Of a DNA stretch of 64,000 bases, positions 15,212 to 29,510 are shown in pieces. Below the pieces are notes generated by a model that did no database searches, was not told where the DNA came from, and worked only from the letters and a program-made list of their open reading frames with translations. The position numbers and the translations under genes are program-made. The stretch lies in NCBI RefSeq assembly GCF_009914755.1, contig NC_060933.1. One strand, 5' to 3'. Numbering within the stretch: the first letter of the stretch is position 1; each line of letters starts with the position of its first letter. Source of the DNA: the human T2T-CHM13v2.0 reference genome, Homo sapiens.

Positions 15212-15524
15212 TCACTGCTCTTTGAACTACTGCTCTTTTATCTTTATTTCCACTACAAACCCAGACTTTAAGTTTCCAGCCACATAAAGCAAAGCCTTCT
15301 TCATACTGCCTTAAATTCTGTAGTAGTATAAATATAGCATTCAGTGACCTGCTTTCTTTATGACTAGCAACCTTTGTCAAACACTGGTGAGAGAGTGAGA
15401 AATAGAGTAAGTCTTGGGCTTGTGGCAGGAAGCGGTGTCTAAAGATGCCACTTCCTGGACAGGAGGATCAAAGCAAAAGTAAAGGGAAATAAAGATAAAA
15501 GAGCAGTAGTTCAAAGAGCAGTGA
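15212..15524. repeat. perfect 40-bp inverted repeat, arms 15212-15251 and 15485-15524, spacer 233 bp
   Basis: tcactgctctttgaactactgctcttttatctttatttcc is the exact reverse complement of 15485-15524. Confidence 0.97.
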
Positions 15525-17736
15525 ACGCTTCTTTCACTCTGGGCACCATCTGCCCAAAGGAAAGCCGAGTGAGGTACAACCAGAATCCGATATTAGGATG
15601 TCTCAACAGGAAACCCCAGACTGTGAGCAGAAGAACATAACAGCCAGAGTTCATAGGTGTATCAGACAGGGCTCAGAGAAGCAGACTCACTATGAATATT
15701 TTAGAACTAAACATTTAATATAGATATTAGACCTTGTGGGCAAAGATGGGGAAGGAAGCAAGCGCCTGAAAATGGGCGTTTAATATTTGGAGAAAAGTCA
15801 TTAGGCAGCCCTGGTGCTGGTGACTGAGTCAGAGTTTGCAGGAAGTCTTGAATCGAAGCACATGGAGCATCTGCACTGAGAAGTTGACAAGGGGTTGATA
15901 TCAGTCCAAAGGTCATTGGCTCTTTGAAGCTACTGCCTGTGTCAGGCCACAGCAGTGCCTCTGGTGGGGGGCTGGCATTACCATTGGGCAGCAGCGCTGC
16001 TGGTTGGAAGGACAGCTGGGTATGGAGTGGGAAGGGGTGAGGACACACTGGAACTCTCTAGCACTTCTGGCCCCACACTCAACAATGACCTTCAGGACAT
16101 AGTGGCTGTGGTTTCTCTTCTGCCTCCTAAATATCATGCAGAGTCACTTTTGCCAACTCGAACCTAGAACCACATAGGTTGACAATGGAATAATCCAGCC
16201 CCCAGTGGGGCAAACCCAAAATCATTTGGTGGAAAAGGCATAAATGCCAGACAACATGGTGTTTTCAATAACCAAACGTTCCCCTGGAAAATGCTTATGG
16301 TAGATGGACTCCCTTTGAAGAGCACAGACCCCACCACTAAAGACACACTGCCAAGAGTCGTGAAGAGCCCAGCGGGGATGTATATGGAAGCTGTCTGTAA
16401 CCTGCCCACTAATTGAAGGAATGGGTGTTATGTGTCCATCAACATGGGGTAGTAATTTGGACCACTTGAGCCAGCGCATTAATGGTCCGATGTGAATGAT
16501 CACTGTGACCAATTCACCAGTTCTCTGCTTGATAAGGAAAGCATGGAAGACAATCAGGTCACCATTTTGTTGTTTTATTTTCAAGTTCCCACTTCTACAT
16601 GAGTGCAAAGTTCTCCTTGTACCTTCTCTTCTTTTTTCCTCTAATTTATCCTTCCCCTTCTTTTATTCCTGCTTTTCCTCCTGCACATTGCTACATTTAT
16701 CCATAGAGCACAAAATGGTGGATGGGTTGACGGATAAGACCAGAGTTGAAAAGAATGGGAATCAATTTTACGGTGCAGCATAACACAGCACGCAGAGAAA
16801 CGGATGGAGGATCAGGGGGCTTGGGTGCTGCTCTAAGAATGACTGGGGGTGAGATACTGAGATATTTCACAGCCCTGAGGCTCCGTAGATCATATTTCCC
16901 CAGGAGTCCAAAAAAAGTGTGTGTGTTTTCTATGAGAGAATAACTCGAGGAATTTACAAGGCACCTGAATAAAAGTCCTGAGATGTCCTGCAGTAAAAAA
17001 ACAAACTTTCCAACTTTGTTCAATCCAGTGTTTCTCAAACTAGTTTGACTCTGGAACCCTTATTTGTAACTTCTAGTAATATTCTACAGGTGAAACACAC
17101 TTTGGGTAGTGTTCTAAATGATGTCTAGGGTAGTTCTTTCACCTCTACAATGCCCTGAATTTTTCCACTTTTCTTACAAAACTCAAACCCCAATATAAAT
17201 TGAAAGTCCAGTTGAACCCTGAGCAGCCTGCAACAAGGAAACATCACTTTTTTTTTCTTTTTTTAGCTAAAGCTTTCTCAATGAGGGCTAGTCCAAGAGG
17301 AAGCACATGAGGTATACTTAGTAACATGAGTAATAGCCCATCTTGATATGTCTTCTATCAAGAGATCCCAAGTTACCTGGATCAGTGTTTTTCAGACACA
17401 GAGAATAATCTCACTCAGGAACATTGTCTTTGAGTTCCAACAGCAGCAATATGCAGAAAAACACTCCAGCTTGGATTGGACTACATAAGATTTTCTAAAC
17501 CAGGATGGCCAACTAGGATCCTAATCTTCCAAGTGCTTGGACCTTGGATAGGTCAACCGGCTGAAGGTTGGACAGTTGTTGGTTTAGGTTGGAGACCAAA
17601 ATTCAGTCATCCTGTAATATAGATCTTGTTCCTTTTGGGTTTACCACTAGGGGTCACTAAAGAGAGATGGGAGACAGTCTCAATCTTGTCTAAATAATTC
17701 CAAAATAGCCATGGGCTTTGGACAAAATACAAGGTT

Positions 17737-17875
17737 AGTGTCTCTCTAACTTTAATGGGCATATGAATAACCTGGTGGTTTTGTGGAGATTCTGATCCAG
17801 TAGGTCTTGGGCGAGGCCTCAGAGTCTACATTTCTATCAAGCTCCCACATGATGCTGCTGTTGGTGCAGGAGGTG
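17737..17875 (+). mobile_element. MER5-type hAT MITE remnant
   Basis: 'gagattctgatccagtaggtcttgggcgaggcctcagagtctacatttctatcaagctccca'. Confidence 0.65.
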
Positions 17876-18539
17876 AGGTGCTAGAGCTTTGGAAGGTCTC
17901 AAGATCAGTTCAGCTCCCTTGCAGGAATCCAGCTTGGGCCCCTATATCCTCAGATCCTCCACTTCTCCCCACCCCCCTTCTCTTTCCTCTTCCTGGTCTC
18001 ATCCTCCTCCTCCTCCTTTTTCTGCCAGCTCTACTCCGAGCTCTCAATCTTCTCAAAGGACACCTTTGCAACCATTTGTGTTTACAGCTTTTCCTCATGA
18101 GATCTAGCTTGGTAGCACTGATATTTATTGTTGAAATAAACACTAGAGAAACAGGGGCATTTCTTCTGAAGTGCTTCTCTCTTTTTGCATATATTGCATT
18201 TTGTGTAAGTAGATGAAGCTAGTTTTGAGTTATGGCAGTTCTGGCTGAGCTAGGCCAGAGTAGATGGGTGACATTTTGTCTTTGGTGGTGGAGGCTATTT
18301 GATTTTATTCTTCAACCCCAACTATAAAGTTATTTTAACCAATGAGAGATCTATTTCTATGCTTTCAGAGTTGAGGAAAAAAGACAATTGCCCACATAGA
18401 ATCCAGAGACTTTCATTTTCCACACTTTGTTGTAAGTTACATGGAAGTGAAAGTAAGTGATAGAGTAATCCTTTTTGGTGTGAGAGATGTGAGAATGGAC
18501 CTCTATCTCAATTATACGTATAAAGATTTTTATTGATTT

Positions 18540-19045
18540 TTTTTCTAATTATAGTTCAGAAAACTTGGAAGAGATAGAACATCATTTTTTAAAATTAGTC
18601 CCCAAATATCACTACCCAGAGAAAACTCACAGTTAACAATTTTTCGGTATGATGATGATCTTCCAGTCTTTTTTGTATTTATATGTGCATTTTCCTATAA
18701 TTATGGAATACTGTTATATAACCTGATACATTCATTTAGCAATATAAACAATATCCCATTTCAGTATTTTTTACAAATAATTGTTAATGCTTTTGTGATA
18801 GTCTATCAGAAATACATTCCACAGTATACTTAGTCCCCTATTGTTGGATATTCAGGTTGTTACTAATTTTTCACATTACTAAAAAAAACTTTATGAACAT
18901 TCTTACACACACATCTTTACCCATACCTTTCATTATTTGGGTTGGAAAATTTCCAAGATGTGGAACTGGTAAGCCGAAAGCTTTTGAAAGGCACTCATGA
19001 GGTTTGCCTGGGAAAACTGCACCACTGTGCGTCAGCAGCGGCAGC
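18540..19045 (-). mobile_element. old L1 (L1ME-like) fragment
   Basis: 'tcccctattgttggatattcaggttgtt...atgaacattctt' reverse L1 3' region. Confidence 0.65.
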
Positions 19046-19074
19046 CTGCGACAGGACTCTATTAAGATAGGCAC

Positions 19075-19290
19075 AGCACAGGTGCTTAAAACTGTGATTG
19101 GCGGTCAGATTGCCTGAGTTTGAGTCAACCCTGGAATATCGTTTAATCTCTCTGTCTCTGAAGAATTTCCCTATGATTGTGGAAAATGCTAGGTCCTACA
19201 ACCATAAAGTTGTTTTATGCATCAAGTGACAGAATATATGTCAAGCCTGACACTGTAAACCTTGAGCAAACGTTAGCTGTTATTATTATT
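19075..19290 (+). mobile_element. MIR SINE
   Basis: 'gtcagattgcctgagtttga...aaacgttagctgttattattatt'. Confidence 0.6.
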
Positions 19291-19479
19291 TTCCTGCATG
19301 CTCAGCCATCGTCCCAGGTCCTTACATGCCAATGATCCATAAATCCGCTTCTATATTTTTTGCCAGGGCCATCTGCTTAAGTCAAGGGGACTGGTAATGG
19401 ACAGGATAACCTTCCCAAGAGTGGGCGTTAGAAGAGGGGGTACATGAAGGTGGCCTTCGGTCACCTAGGAAGGCTCCTT

Positions 19480-20210
19480 GCTGACCGTTTCCTGGACGTG
19501 GAGGTACAGAACGACCTGGGCCGAGTGAAAGCGACCAGCGAAGGTCACGCCGGCCCAGCAGCCTGGAGAATGAGACCCACCACCCACAAACCCACTGGTG
19601 GAGAGCGGGCGAGGTCCCCGTGTGCGGTGAAGGAGCAGGGCACCAAGGAAGGCGGGCAGCTGCCTCTTGTTTTCGGCCAAGGGAGACGTTGAGGTGTCCC
19701 TCAGGACAGGACTTCATTTGCGTGGGAGGGGAGAAGGGCGCTTCTGACTACTTTGCATTGGTGTGTGGGCTGGACACAGTGAGAAGGAAATTAAGCCTCC
19801 GCGGTGACAGTGTGTGTGATCGCGGAGGAGCAGGACGCCCGCAGGCTGGCCCGGGGCCCGCCCCGCCCCAAGCCAGCCCGGACCCTCCGGGAGCCGGAGA
19901 GGAGTCCCGAAGAGGACCCCGCGGGAGCCCGTAGGGCTGGAGACAGCTCACTGCCGGCCCCTCCACCGCCCGGGTCCCGCGGGCTGCAAGGAGGGGAGGA
20001 GCCGCTGCGGACGGCACAGTCCCCAGGGGCCTCCCTGGGGTCTCCACCTTCTCCGGACTCCGTGGGGGTGCGCGTGGGAGGCCCGCACCGCCCTTCCGCA
20101 GAACCCGGGGGAAAGAGGAGCCAGGTTCGGCCAGAGGCCAGAGGCAGCAAATGCCCCACAGGCCCGCTTGGAAATGCTGGGCGCCCAGGTGAGGGCTGAG
20201 GGGCAATGCG
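19480..20210. promoter_or_regulatory. CpG island, candidate promoter/enhancer
   Basis: very GC- and CpG-rich non-repeat sequence; tandem GC boxes cccgccccgcccc at 19857-19869; no coding exon recognised. Confidence 0.7.
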
Positions 20211-20291
20211 GTGTGTGGGAGGACATTCTGCTCTCTAGTCATCAGGACCATAATGCAGGAGCTGAGAAAGACGCCTCCCCATCACATAAGC

Positions 20292-21008
20292 TAGAGGTCG
20301 GAAATCTTTTTCTGTGAAGTACCAGAGAGGAAATATTTGCCTTTGAGGGCAATAGTGAGAGGTGAAGCCAGCTGGATTTCCTGGGTGGAGAGGGGACTTG
20401 GAGAACTTTTCTGTCTAGCTAGAGGATTGTAAACTCACCAATCAGCACTCTGTGTCAAGCTGGAGGATTGTAAATGCACCAATCAGCACTCTGTGTCAAG
20501 CTGGAGGATTGTAATGCACCAATCAGCACTCTGTAAAATGGACCAATCAGTGTTATGTAAAATGGACCAATCAGCACTCTGCAAAATGGACCAATCAGCA
20601 CTCTGTAAAATGGGCCAATCAGCAGGATGTGGGCAGGGCCAAATAAAGGAATGAAAGCTGGCCACCCCAGCCAGTAACAGGAACGTGCTGCAGTAGTGGG
20701 AACGTTTGTGGAAGGTTTGTTCTTTCAGTCCTCACAAAAAATCTTGCTGCTCACTTTTTGGGTCTGTGCCATCTTTAAGAGATGTAACACTCACTGCGAA
20801 GGTCTGCAGCTTCATTCTTGGAGTTGGTGAGACTACGAACTCTACAGCAGGAAGAAAGAAACTGCGGACTCAATAGGGTCTCTGTTGCAACTGCTGGAGT
20901 TCAAGTCCCAAAGCAGCCAGACACACAGAATCAGGAAGGTTATGGGTGTGGCTGTGCTTCAATAAAGCTTTATTTACAAAACTGAGATCACAGTTTACCA
21001 ACCCATGA
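20292..21008 (+). mobile_element. MER58A hAT MITE split by LTR12F
   Basis: 'tttttctgtgaagtaccagag' before and 'ggtctctgttgcaact...gtggctgtgcttcaataaagctttatttacaaaa' after the LTR. Confidence 0.75.
20356..20872 (+). mobile_element. LTR12F-like (ERV9) solo LTR with 7 CCAAT boxes
   Basis: starts 'tgagaggtgaagccagctgg', seven 'ccaatcag' copies at 20438-20622, ends CA; 4-bp TSD atag. Confidence 0.92.
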
Positions 21009-21446
21009 TGTAATTTTCTAAAACACAAGTCCTATTTTTATTGGTGTCATAAATTATTTTTTTCTAAAAAAAAAAAAAAAGTAGTATTCTATGGGTTTCT
21101 TCTTGTAGGTGATGACCTGTAAAGGCACTATCTCCTGTTTCCTTTCGATTGACCTTAAAGCTTCATTTCCTAGCCGCTGTGAATCCTGCATTGGATAAGG
21201 CCAGTTACTGTTTACACACCTTTGTCTAGGACGTTTTTAAGGCACATGCTCTGCAAGGCACATTCGCCTGAGGTATTTTCTTTGCAAGTTCTCTTTGTTC
21301 TCTTTGCAAGTTAAAGTAATGAAGCCATATTTACAGCATCTTCAAATGTAATATCACCTAAGAATTTTAACGCATGAACTCTGAAAAATTGATTCTATGA
21401 TTTTGGTGCCCTCATTGCCAGGCAGGCTGTGCTAAGAAGCAAAGGT

Positions 21447-21747
21447 CGCCGGCAGTGGCTCAGCCTGTAATCCCAGCCCTTTGGGAGGCTGAGGCGGGTG
21501 GAGCACGAGGTCAGGAGATTGAGACCAGCCTGGCCAACATGGTGAAACCCCGTCTCTACTAAAAACACAAAAATTAGCTGGGCGTGGTGGCACACCTGTA
21601 ATCTCAGCTACTCGGGAAGCTGAGGCAGGAAAACCGCTTTAACTGGGGAGTTGGAGGTTGCAATGAGCCAAGATTGCACCTCTGCACTCCAGCGTGGGCT
21701 ACAGAGTGAGACTCTATCTCAAAAAAAAAAAAAAAAAAAAAAAAAAA
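21447..21747 (+). mobile_element. AluSg-type
   Basis: 'cacgaggtcaggag...accagcctggccaacatgg', long poly-A. Confidence 0.92.
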
Positions 21748-21974
21748 TTCAAGGAGAGAAAAGAAATCTTTGCCAAAAGATTTCTTGTGAGACTAAAAAG
21801 ATGTTGTATAGATCCCAAATCCATGGCATGAGGAAGAACAAAAACTGATGACCTAGAACCTTGCCCGTGCGCCTGTCTCCTCCCCGGCTCACACTGGAGA
21901 AGATGTAGGATGTGCTCAGCTATTTGTCTCTCCTGCAAAATGGTGGTGCAGTCATCGCTTCTGAAACTATTCAT

Positions 21975-22700
<726 letters not shown>

Positions 22701-22739
22701 CACAGAGGGAGACTGTTATTTATCTAATAATGACACAAA

Positions 22740-23070
22740 AATATAATGATGAGTCATGAGAAGTGCTATGAAAGAGATAAAGAACTACTGAAGTGGATAA
22801 AAAGCTATGTTTGCAGGGGCAAGGAGTGTTTAAGAAATGCTACCCTTAAAAAGGGGACTCTCAGCTGATACTTGATTCATGAGTGGGTTTTATCCAGGTA
22901 TAGAAACAGGAGGAAGAGCATTCCTGGCAGAGGGCACAGCACATGGGAATCCCATGAGTCTAGGGGGAATGTGGTGGTGTAGTCCAGGGTTGTTGGGGGG
23001 CGCACTCAGGGGCAGCTCCAGATTATCAGGAACTTTAGGAGTCATGTTACAAGTTGTGAATTTGATTTAG
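22740..23070 (-). mobile_element. L2 remnant
   Basis: 'aagtgctatgaaag...ggaagagcattcctggcagagggcacagc'. Confidence 0.55.
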
Positions 23071-24809
23071 TAAATCATCTGGTAAAGGACTGAGTGTGGG
23101 GAGTGGTGAGGGAAAAGAGTGTGCTCCAGGTAAAATGGTTAACACTGAGCACTGTCAGCCAAGAAATCCCATGCATGTTAGTTATTAGCCATGGGAGTCT
23201 CTCTAATCCATAGGAGACAAGGGCTTCCAGCTGCTAATGAAGCTTCTTGTTTAGGATCAGAGAGTCACAGAATGAGAAGATGGGTTTCTCAGAGCAGGTT
23301 TTTCTCTATTTGCTACGTAATGAAGTTCAACAGAAGTAGAGGTCTGTTGATAAGCCACTTCTACTGGCTAGGAGCAACCAGGAAAAAACTGGAAACAAGA
23401 GAATGAAAGGAATGAGAATTGTTCTAGTGAAAGGAGGAGACTTATTCCTCAAATCTGCACCTATTTTAGGTGGTATGTTATCTTTGGGCTCAGGTGAAGC
23501 TGACTTATTCCAAAATCAGTTTAAAATTTAGAGTGAACCACTGGGCTTCTGAACTTCCAGACTGGGAGAAGTTTAGGTTCATCGAAGCTTCCTGAGTTTT
23601 TAGTTGGAAATGAAGCCTGTTTGTCTGAATTGCTGATCCACCCCTGATCCCAGGAAGTTGGCCTGTGCCTTTGAGGTCACTGCTGGACTCGGGTGAAAAT
23701 TACAAGCTTAAGACAGAAATAAACTGTCATTTCCTTGTAAATCAAACAACACTGATGGAGCAAAGCAAAAGTTCAAGGGTCATCACTGACATTACAAAAA
23801 TGTTTTCTTTGCTGTATATTTTAATTATGCAAGTAGAACTGGAAATGGGTAATAAACACACTGCAGTTAAGAGTTTTGTTTTTAGAGTGTTCTAGACAGA
23901 TGAAATGAGCGACACCATCGTCTTCATTACAAAGCTTGCCAAACATTGCTGTTTGGGGCAAGAGAGCTCAAGAACGGGGACTGGAGAAAATGTCCAGATG
24001 GAACATTTGAAAAGTCCAGATCTGGTATTCATGTCCCTTTGTCATCTCTGGCCAACGTGCACAAGTAGATTCATCTTCTTTCAACAGATGTATCCAAATA
24101 ACACATTCCTTTACCACAGAAATGTTACAACAGCAATAACAGAACCCCTTGGGGGCCTAGTTATCTAGGTAGGAAAATTACTGACACCCAACTCTGTGCT
24201 CCATGCTGCAGGGAGGTAATTACCCCATGATAACCTGGGGCTCTTTGTTCTCTGAATGTCTCATCTCTGTTGCAGTTTCTGGATGCCTTCTTTTTCCATT
24301 AAAGAAAGCATTTATGTCCAGAGAAGTGCTTTAGAAGTCACTGGGGTTCTAAAAATTAAAGGGAATGAATTTAAAAACACAGCTACTTTACCTACTTCTT
24401 GAAAACAAAAAAAAACATAAAAGCTGACATCTGGTAAGTAAGAAACTTCCCCTGGAACCCAAGTAACTAACTTTTATTTTCTCATCATGAAAGGGACGGA
24501 TCTCCATTGGTGGCCTTTCTTATTTACACCACACACATGGCGATGGCTCTGACATCCAGTTCCTTTAGTATAAACAGAAAGGATGGTCTTTTTCTGTGGA
24601 AGTTAATGAATTGAAAAACAAAGCTGTTCTGTATACCCACTCATTCCAAACGAATAAAAGAACTACAGTGTTCTGAGACTTGGGCAAAATAGTTGCATTC
24701 AAATTAATTTTGCCCCCTTCTACCCTTCCCCTCTCCACTTCCCACCACTCCCTCCTCGCCTTTTTCAAGGAGAAAAAGAACCATTTAATCACCTTATAAG
24801 GGCAGAGAG

Positions 24810-24940
24810 CAATAAGGGAATGGAGCAAGAGTCATGAGGCCCAGATCTTATTCTTGGCGCAGACGGGCTCACTGGGTGATCCAGGGCTGTCCCTTAACCG
24901 CCCTGCGCCTCTGTTGATGCAGCTGTGATATGGGGACACA
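24810..24940 (+). mobile_element. MIR remnant
   Basis: 'ctgggtgatccagggctgtcccttaaccgccctgcgcctctgtt' core-like. Confidence 0.5.
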
Positions 24941-26159
24941 GATGTGTGTGTGTGTGGCGCCGATGTGCAGCCTTTGGTGAGAGGTCCAAAGCTAAATGTG
25001 GGGTCCATTCAGCTAGTCATGGGCTGTTTCTATGTGAAATTGCTGTCTGCGGTGCAGGAATTGGGAGGTGACCTGGTAGGTCTTGGATCAATGACTAGTA
25101 AATAGATGCACAGAAGAAAAAAAAATGTCCAGGGAAGGGGAGTATGTCCCTGATGGCTGGGAATTATATTGCCATGGCAACCACAGCTACGAAAGAGCTC
25201 ATCCCAATATCAGGCATTTCTTATCAGTAAGCTATGGTGCAGAATTTTCCTCTGCAATAGTAATATGTTTTTGTGGTGTATTTTAAGAATAAAGACGAAA
25301 AAGAATGAGCATGCCTCAGTTCCACTGGGCAGCATCTGAGGACCCCTCTCATGGTGGAGATCTGGTCAAACACTGCATCTGCAAGGAAGGGGAATTTGGG
25401 AATTTGCCCTTTCCTTTTGGACTTTATTGCATTCACCAGTCAAAGTCACTTAGAATGTTACAGTTCCTCTGAAGTGGTTTTCTGCTGTGCTGGGCATCAG
25501 AGACAATGTAGGCAGAGCTGAGCCACCTTCCTGCAAACAAGCGTGCTGCCCTTGCTTCTTCTGAATGCTCTGTAGAGTCCCAGTGGACTTGCATTTCTTT
25601 CTTTCCAATGGCTTTCCCTGCTGCCCCAAAGCATTTCCTCCCTGTTCTCTGTGGCTGCCCAGAGCTCCACCGACCTGGAAACTCTTACAAAATGACTTGT
25701 GAGAATAGTGGAGATTTGTACACCGTAGCCCAAAGTCTAAGCCTAAGAAAGGAGGCCCAATAGTTGGTCTTACTCACGGCTATCATGGTGGGTGTCTCTG
25801 AACCTGGGTTGGGTTAATCACCACCTGGTTGCAAGGTGCTTGAACCTCATGCATAAAAACAGAGGTCCTGACCAAAGCAAGGCCATGGAATGGGGCCTCA
25901 GGCCATCCTTCTCCCTGCCTCTCCTGCAAACACTTTACTTCATTCTATCTTTCCAAACAGCATTCTTATTCACGAGAGATTCTAAAAATTTCACACGTGA
26001 GAGGCTCCCAAACATCCTTTTGAAAGCGATGTGCATTTTTGACCTCTCCACATATTATGCATTTCAGGTGTGCTGGGACCAGGTTCACTTTGCATGTCCT
26101 GTCTTCTTATCTTCTTCTCCTGCTTCAATCGCTCCTCCACTGTACCACCAGTGTGGAAC

Positions 26160-26660
26160 AAAAAATTGGACACCTTCTCTTTAAAAACTCCTCCACTGCA
26201 TGCAGATGAGGTCCAAATTTCTTTGCCCTGCCTGGGAGGCCCTTCTTGATCTGGCTCTGATCATATCTCCCTTTCTACCCCTACCTCCCTCCACACAGCT
26301 CCAGGTCTGTGGACCCATGGCTGCTTCTGGAATGCATTTCTTTCCTTTCCATCTCCCTTCTTTTCTTTCTGGTGAACTCTTGTGCGTCCTTTAAGATTCA
26401 ATTTAAATGTAATATCTCAAGGCTTCTCTAGAGACTGCGTCTACCTCTACCTGGAGGCAGAGTTACTCACCCCTTTTATCTGAGCTATCACTGTCCCTTT
26501 GTGAGTTTCTCTTTTGGAGGAAGCATCACATTGTAGGGGAATTACCTGCTCCTGTGTCCATCTCCCTCAGTAAACTATAAACTCCTCTTGGGCAGGAATA
26601 AGGTCTTACTCATCTCTGTGAAACTAGTTCCTAGATCAAGGCCCACAGGTGCTCAATGAA
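26160..26660 (+). mobile_element. L2 remnant
   Basis: 'ggcccttcttgatctggctctg...aaactataaactcctcttgggcagg...caggtgctcaatgaa'. Confidence 0.65.
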
Positions 26661-26769
26661 CAGGGCAGGGCAGGAATGCATGTATTGAACTCCAGGGGCT
26701 GATGAATATAATCCTTTGTTTTAAATTTTGGAGACATCTAGTAATTGAAGCCACCAACAATTGATATAA

Positions 26770-27079
<310 letters not shown>

Positions 27080-27329
27080 CTATAAATTTTCTTTATTTCC
27101 TGGGTAGGTATTAAAGTAAATTCACCTTTACAACTATTGCAAAGATGGAGATAACACCTTAGGATGAAGAGCTCCTTGTAAATGAAAAAGTCCTGTTTTA
27201 GATAGGCTCCCCTAGTGGAGAGGCTGGAGGCCGACAACTCCAGGAGCGATCACACTTGAGCTCTACTCACAGCTCACTGTGGCCAGACCCTCCTAAGCCC
27301 TCCCTTTGCACTGCCACAGAGCCCCGCCA

Positions 27330-27765
27330 ACAACTTTCCAAAGGGAGCATTATTATTATTCCCATTGTGCAGGTAGGAAAACTGACAATGAGGTAAGTTA
27401 CAAAGTCCTGCAGCTGGTAAAAAGCTAAGCAGGATGTGAAGCCAGTTGGTCTGATGCTGGCGCCTCATGTTTCACCGCCCCCGCCTGCCTTTTAATGAGC
27501 AAGGGGGGTAGGGTGGGTTATTAAAGTGGCAATAATAATAATTTTAGGCAGCCCTTACTGTGTGTCAATCACGGCTCTATGTATTAACTCATTTAATCCT
27601 CACAGTGACCCTGTGAGAGGGCTGCAATTATTATCCTCATTTTACAGATGAGAAAACAGACAGCAAGGTTAGAAGTTTGCCCAGAGGCCACAGAGCTAAG
27701 AAGTGGCGAATCTGGGATAGAAACCCAGACAGACTGGCTCCAGAGACCTGCTCTTAACGACCTGC
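27330..27765 (-). mobile_element. two MIR elements (about 27330-27480 and 27531-27765)
   Basis: 'cccattgtgcaggtaggaaaactgac' and 'cattttacagatgagaaaacagac' MIR cores. Confidence 0.75.
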
Positions 27766-27911
27766 TCGGCAACCTCCCAGGAAGCCAGGACAGGGCTGGC
27801 TGTTCAGGCAGGATCCAGAGCCTCGAGGGCAAGAGGAATTTGGGGTTCTCAGGGACCTCAGCCAGGGCCCACAATAATGACCCTCAGCCTAGCCCAAGTC
27901 ACTCTGCATAG

Positions 27912-28654
<743 letters not shown>

Positions 28655-28999
28655 TAAGCTGAGCGTGCTGTAGGTTACGGGCCAAGCTATGAACATATTC
28701 TCCTCGGCTCAGGTGTGAGTGGCTGAGCCAGCCCTAGGAAGGCACATGGGTACCAAGGGTAGGAGGCAGAGCAGAGACAGTTGGGGAAAGAAACAGGCCC
28801 CCCGGGGCTGCCTCTTCATCAGGGAATGAGGACAGGCAGTCTCCTTGAAGGGGCTGCACATGTCCGATGCAACACCCCGGGGTGTGGACAGTCTCCTCGT
28901 TCCCTCAAAGCCTGACCCACTCCACATCCAAGGAATATTACTCCATGGCCAGAAGCAGGAGCATCCTCCCTACGATGATTGAGCATCTGTAAAACTAAC

Positions 29000-29510
29000 T
29001 GTTTCCTTCAGGCCCCAGCAGAAAACAGATGGCACTTGCAAGCAGGGTGACTGGAGTGAGCTGAATGGAGGAGCTATTTACACAGCCATGGGCAGGATGA
29101 AGGGAAGCCAACAAGGGATGGCGACACGTCTTGGGGCCACGCTTTGGAGAGCTGTCACCATTTCCAGGCTGAAAGGGCAGGGCAGGGAACGGACACTCGA
29201 GGCCAGAGAGAGCCGGAGCCCTCGCTGCAGCTGGGTCTGCAGGAGATGATCGCCCCTGCCCGCACATGGCTTTCAGGGGAGGAAAGCAGCCTTTGCCCAC
29301 CTGTGACTCAGAAGGAAGGGAGCCGGCAAGATCAACATCTCCACCACCCTTCCTCCTGCCCTTTGATCTACTGCCAGTGCCACTCTCTGGCTAACCCAAA
29401 CTGCAGCCAAAGGGCCAGGAAACCCAGTGAGGCCTGTGTAGAGGCCAGTCGGGGGCCCAGACCACAGCAGGAAGGGAGGGAGGGTGACCCAGGAGGAGCA
29501 ACACACACAC
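29000..29510 (-). mobile_element. LTR33-like (ERVL) LTR
   Basis: 'cccagcagaaaacagatggcac...ctatttacac...atgggcagg' pattern. Confidence 0.65.

Noticed and set aside
19796-19828. Small hairpin cctccgcggt...atcgcggagg as a miRNA precursor
   Set aside because: The stem is only about 10 bp, too short, and such stems are expected in GC-rich DNA.
19444-20251. Overlapping ORFs in the first CpG island
   Set aside because: Same compositional artefact; no convincing exon structure.
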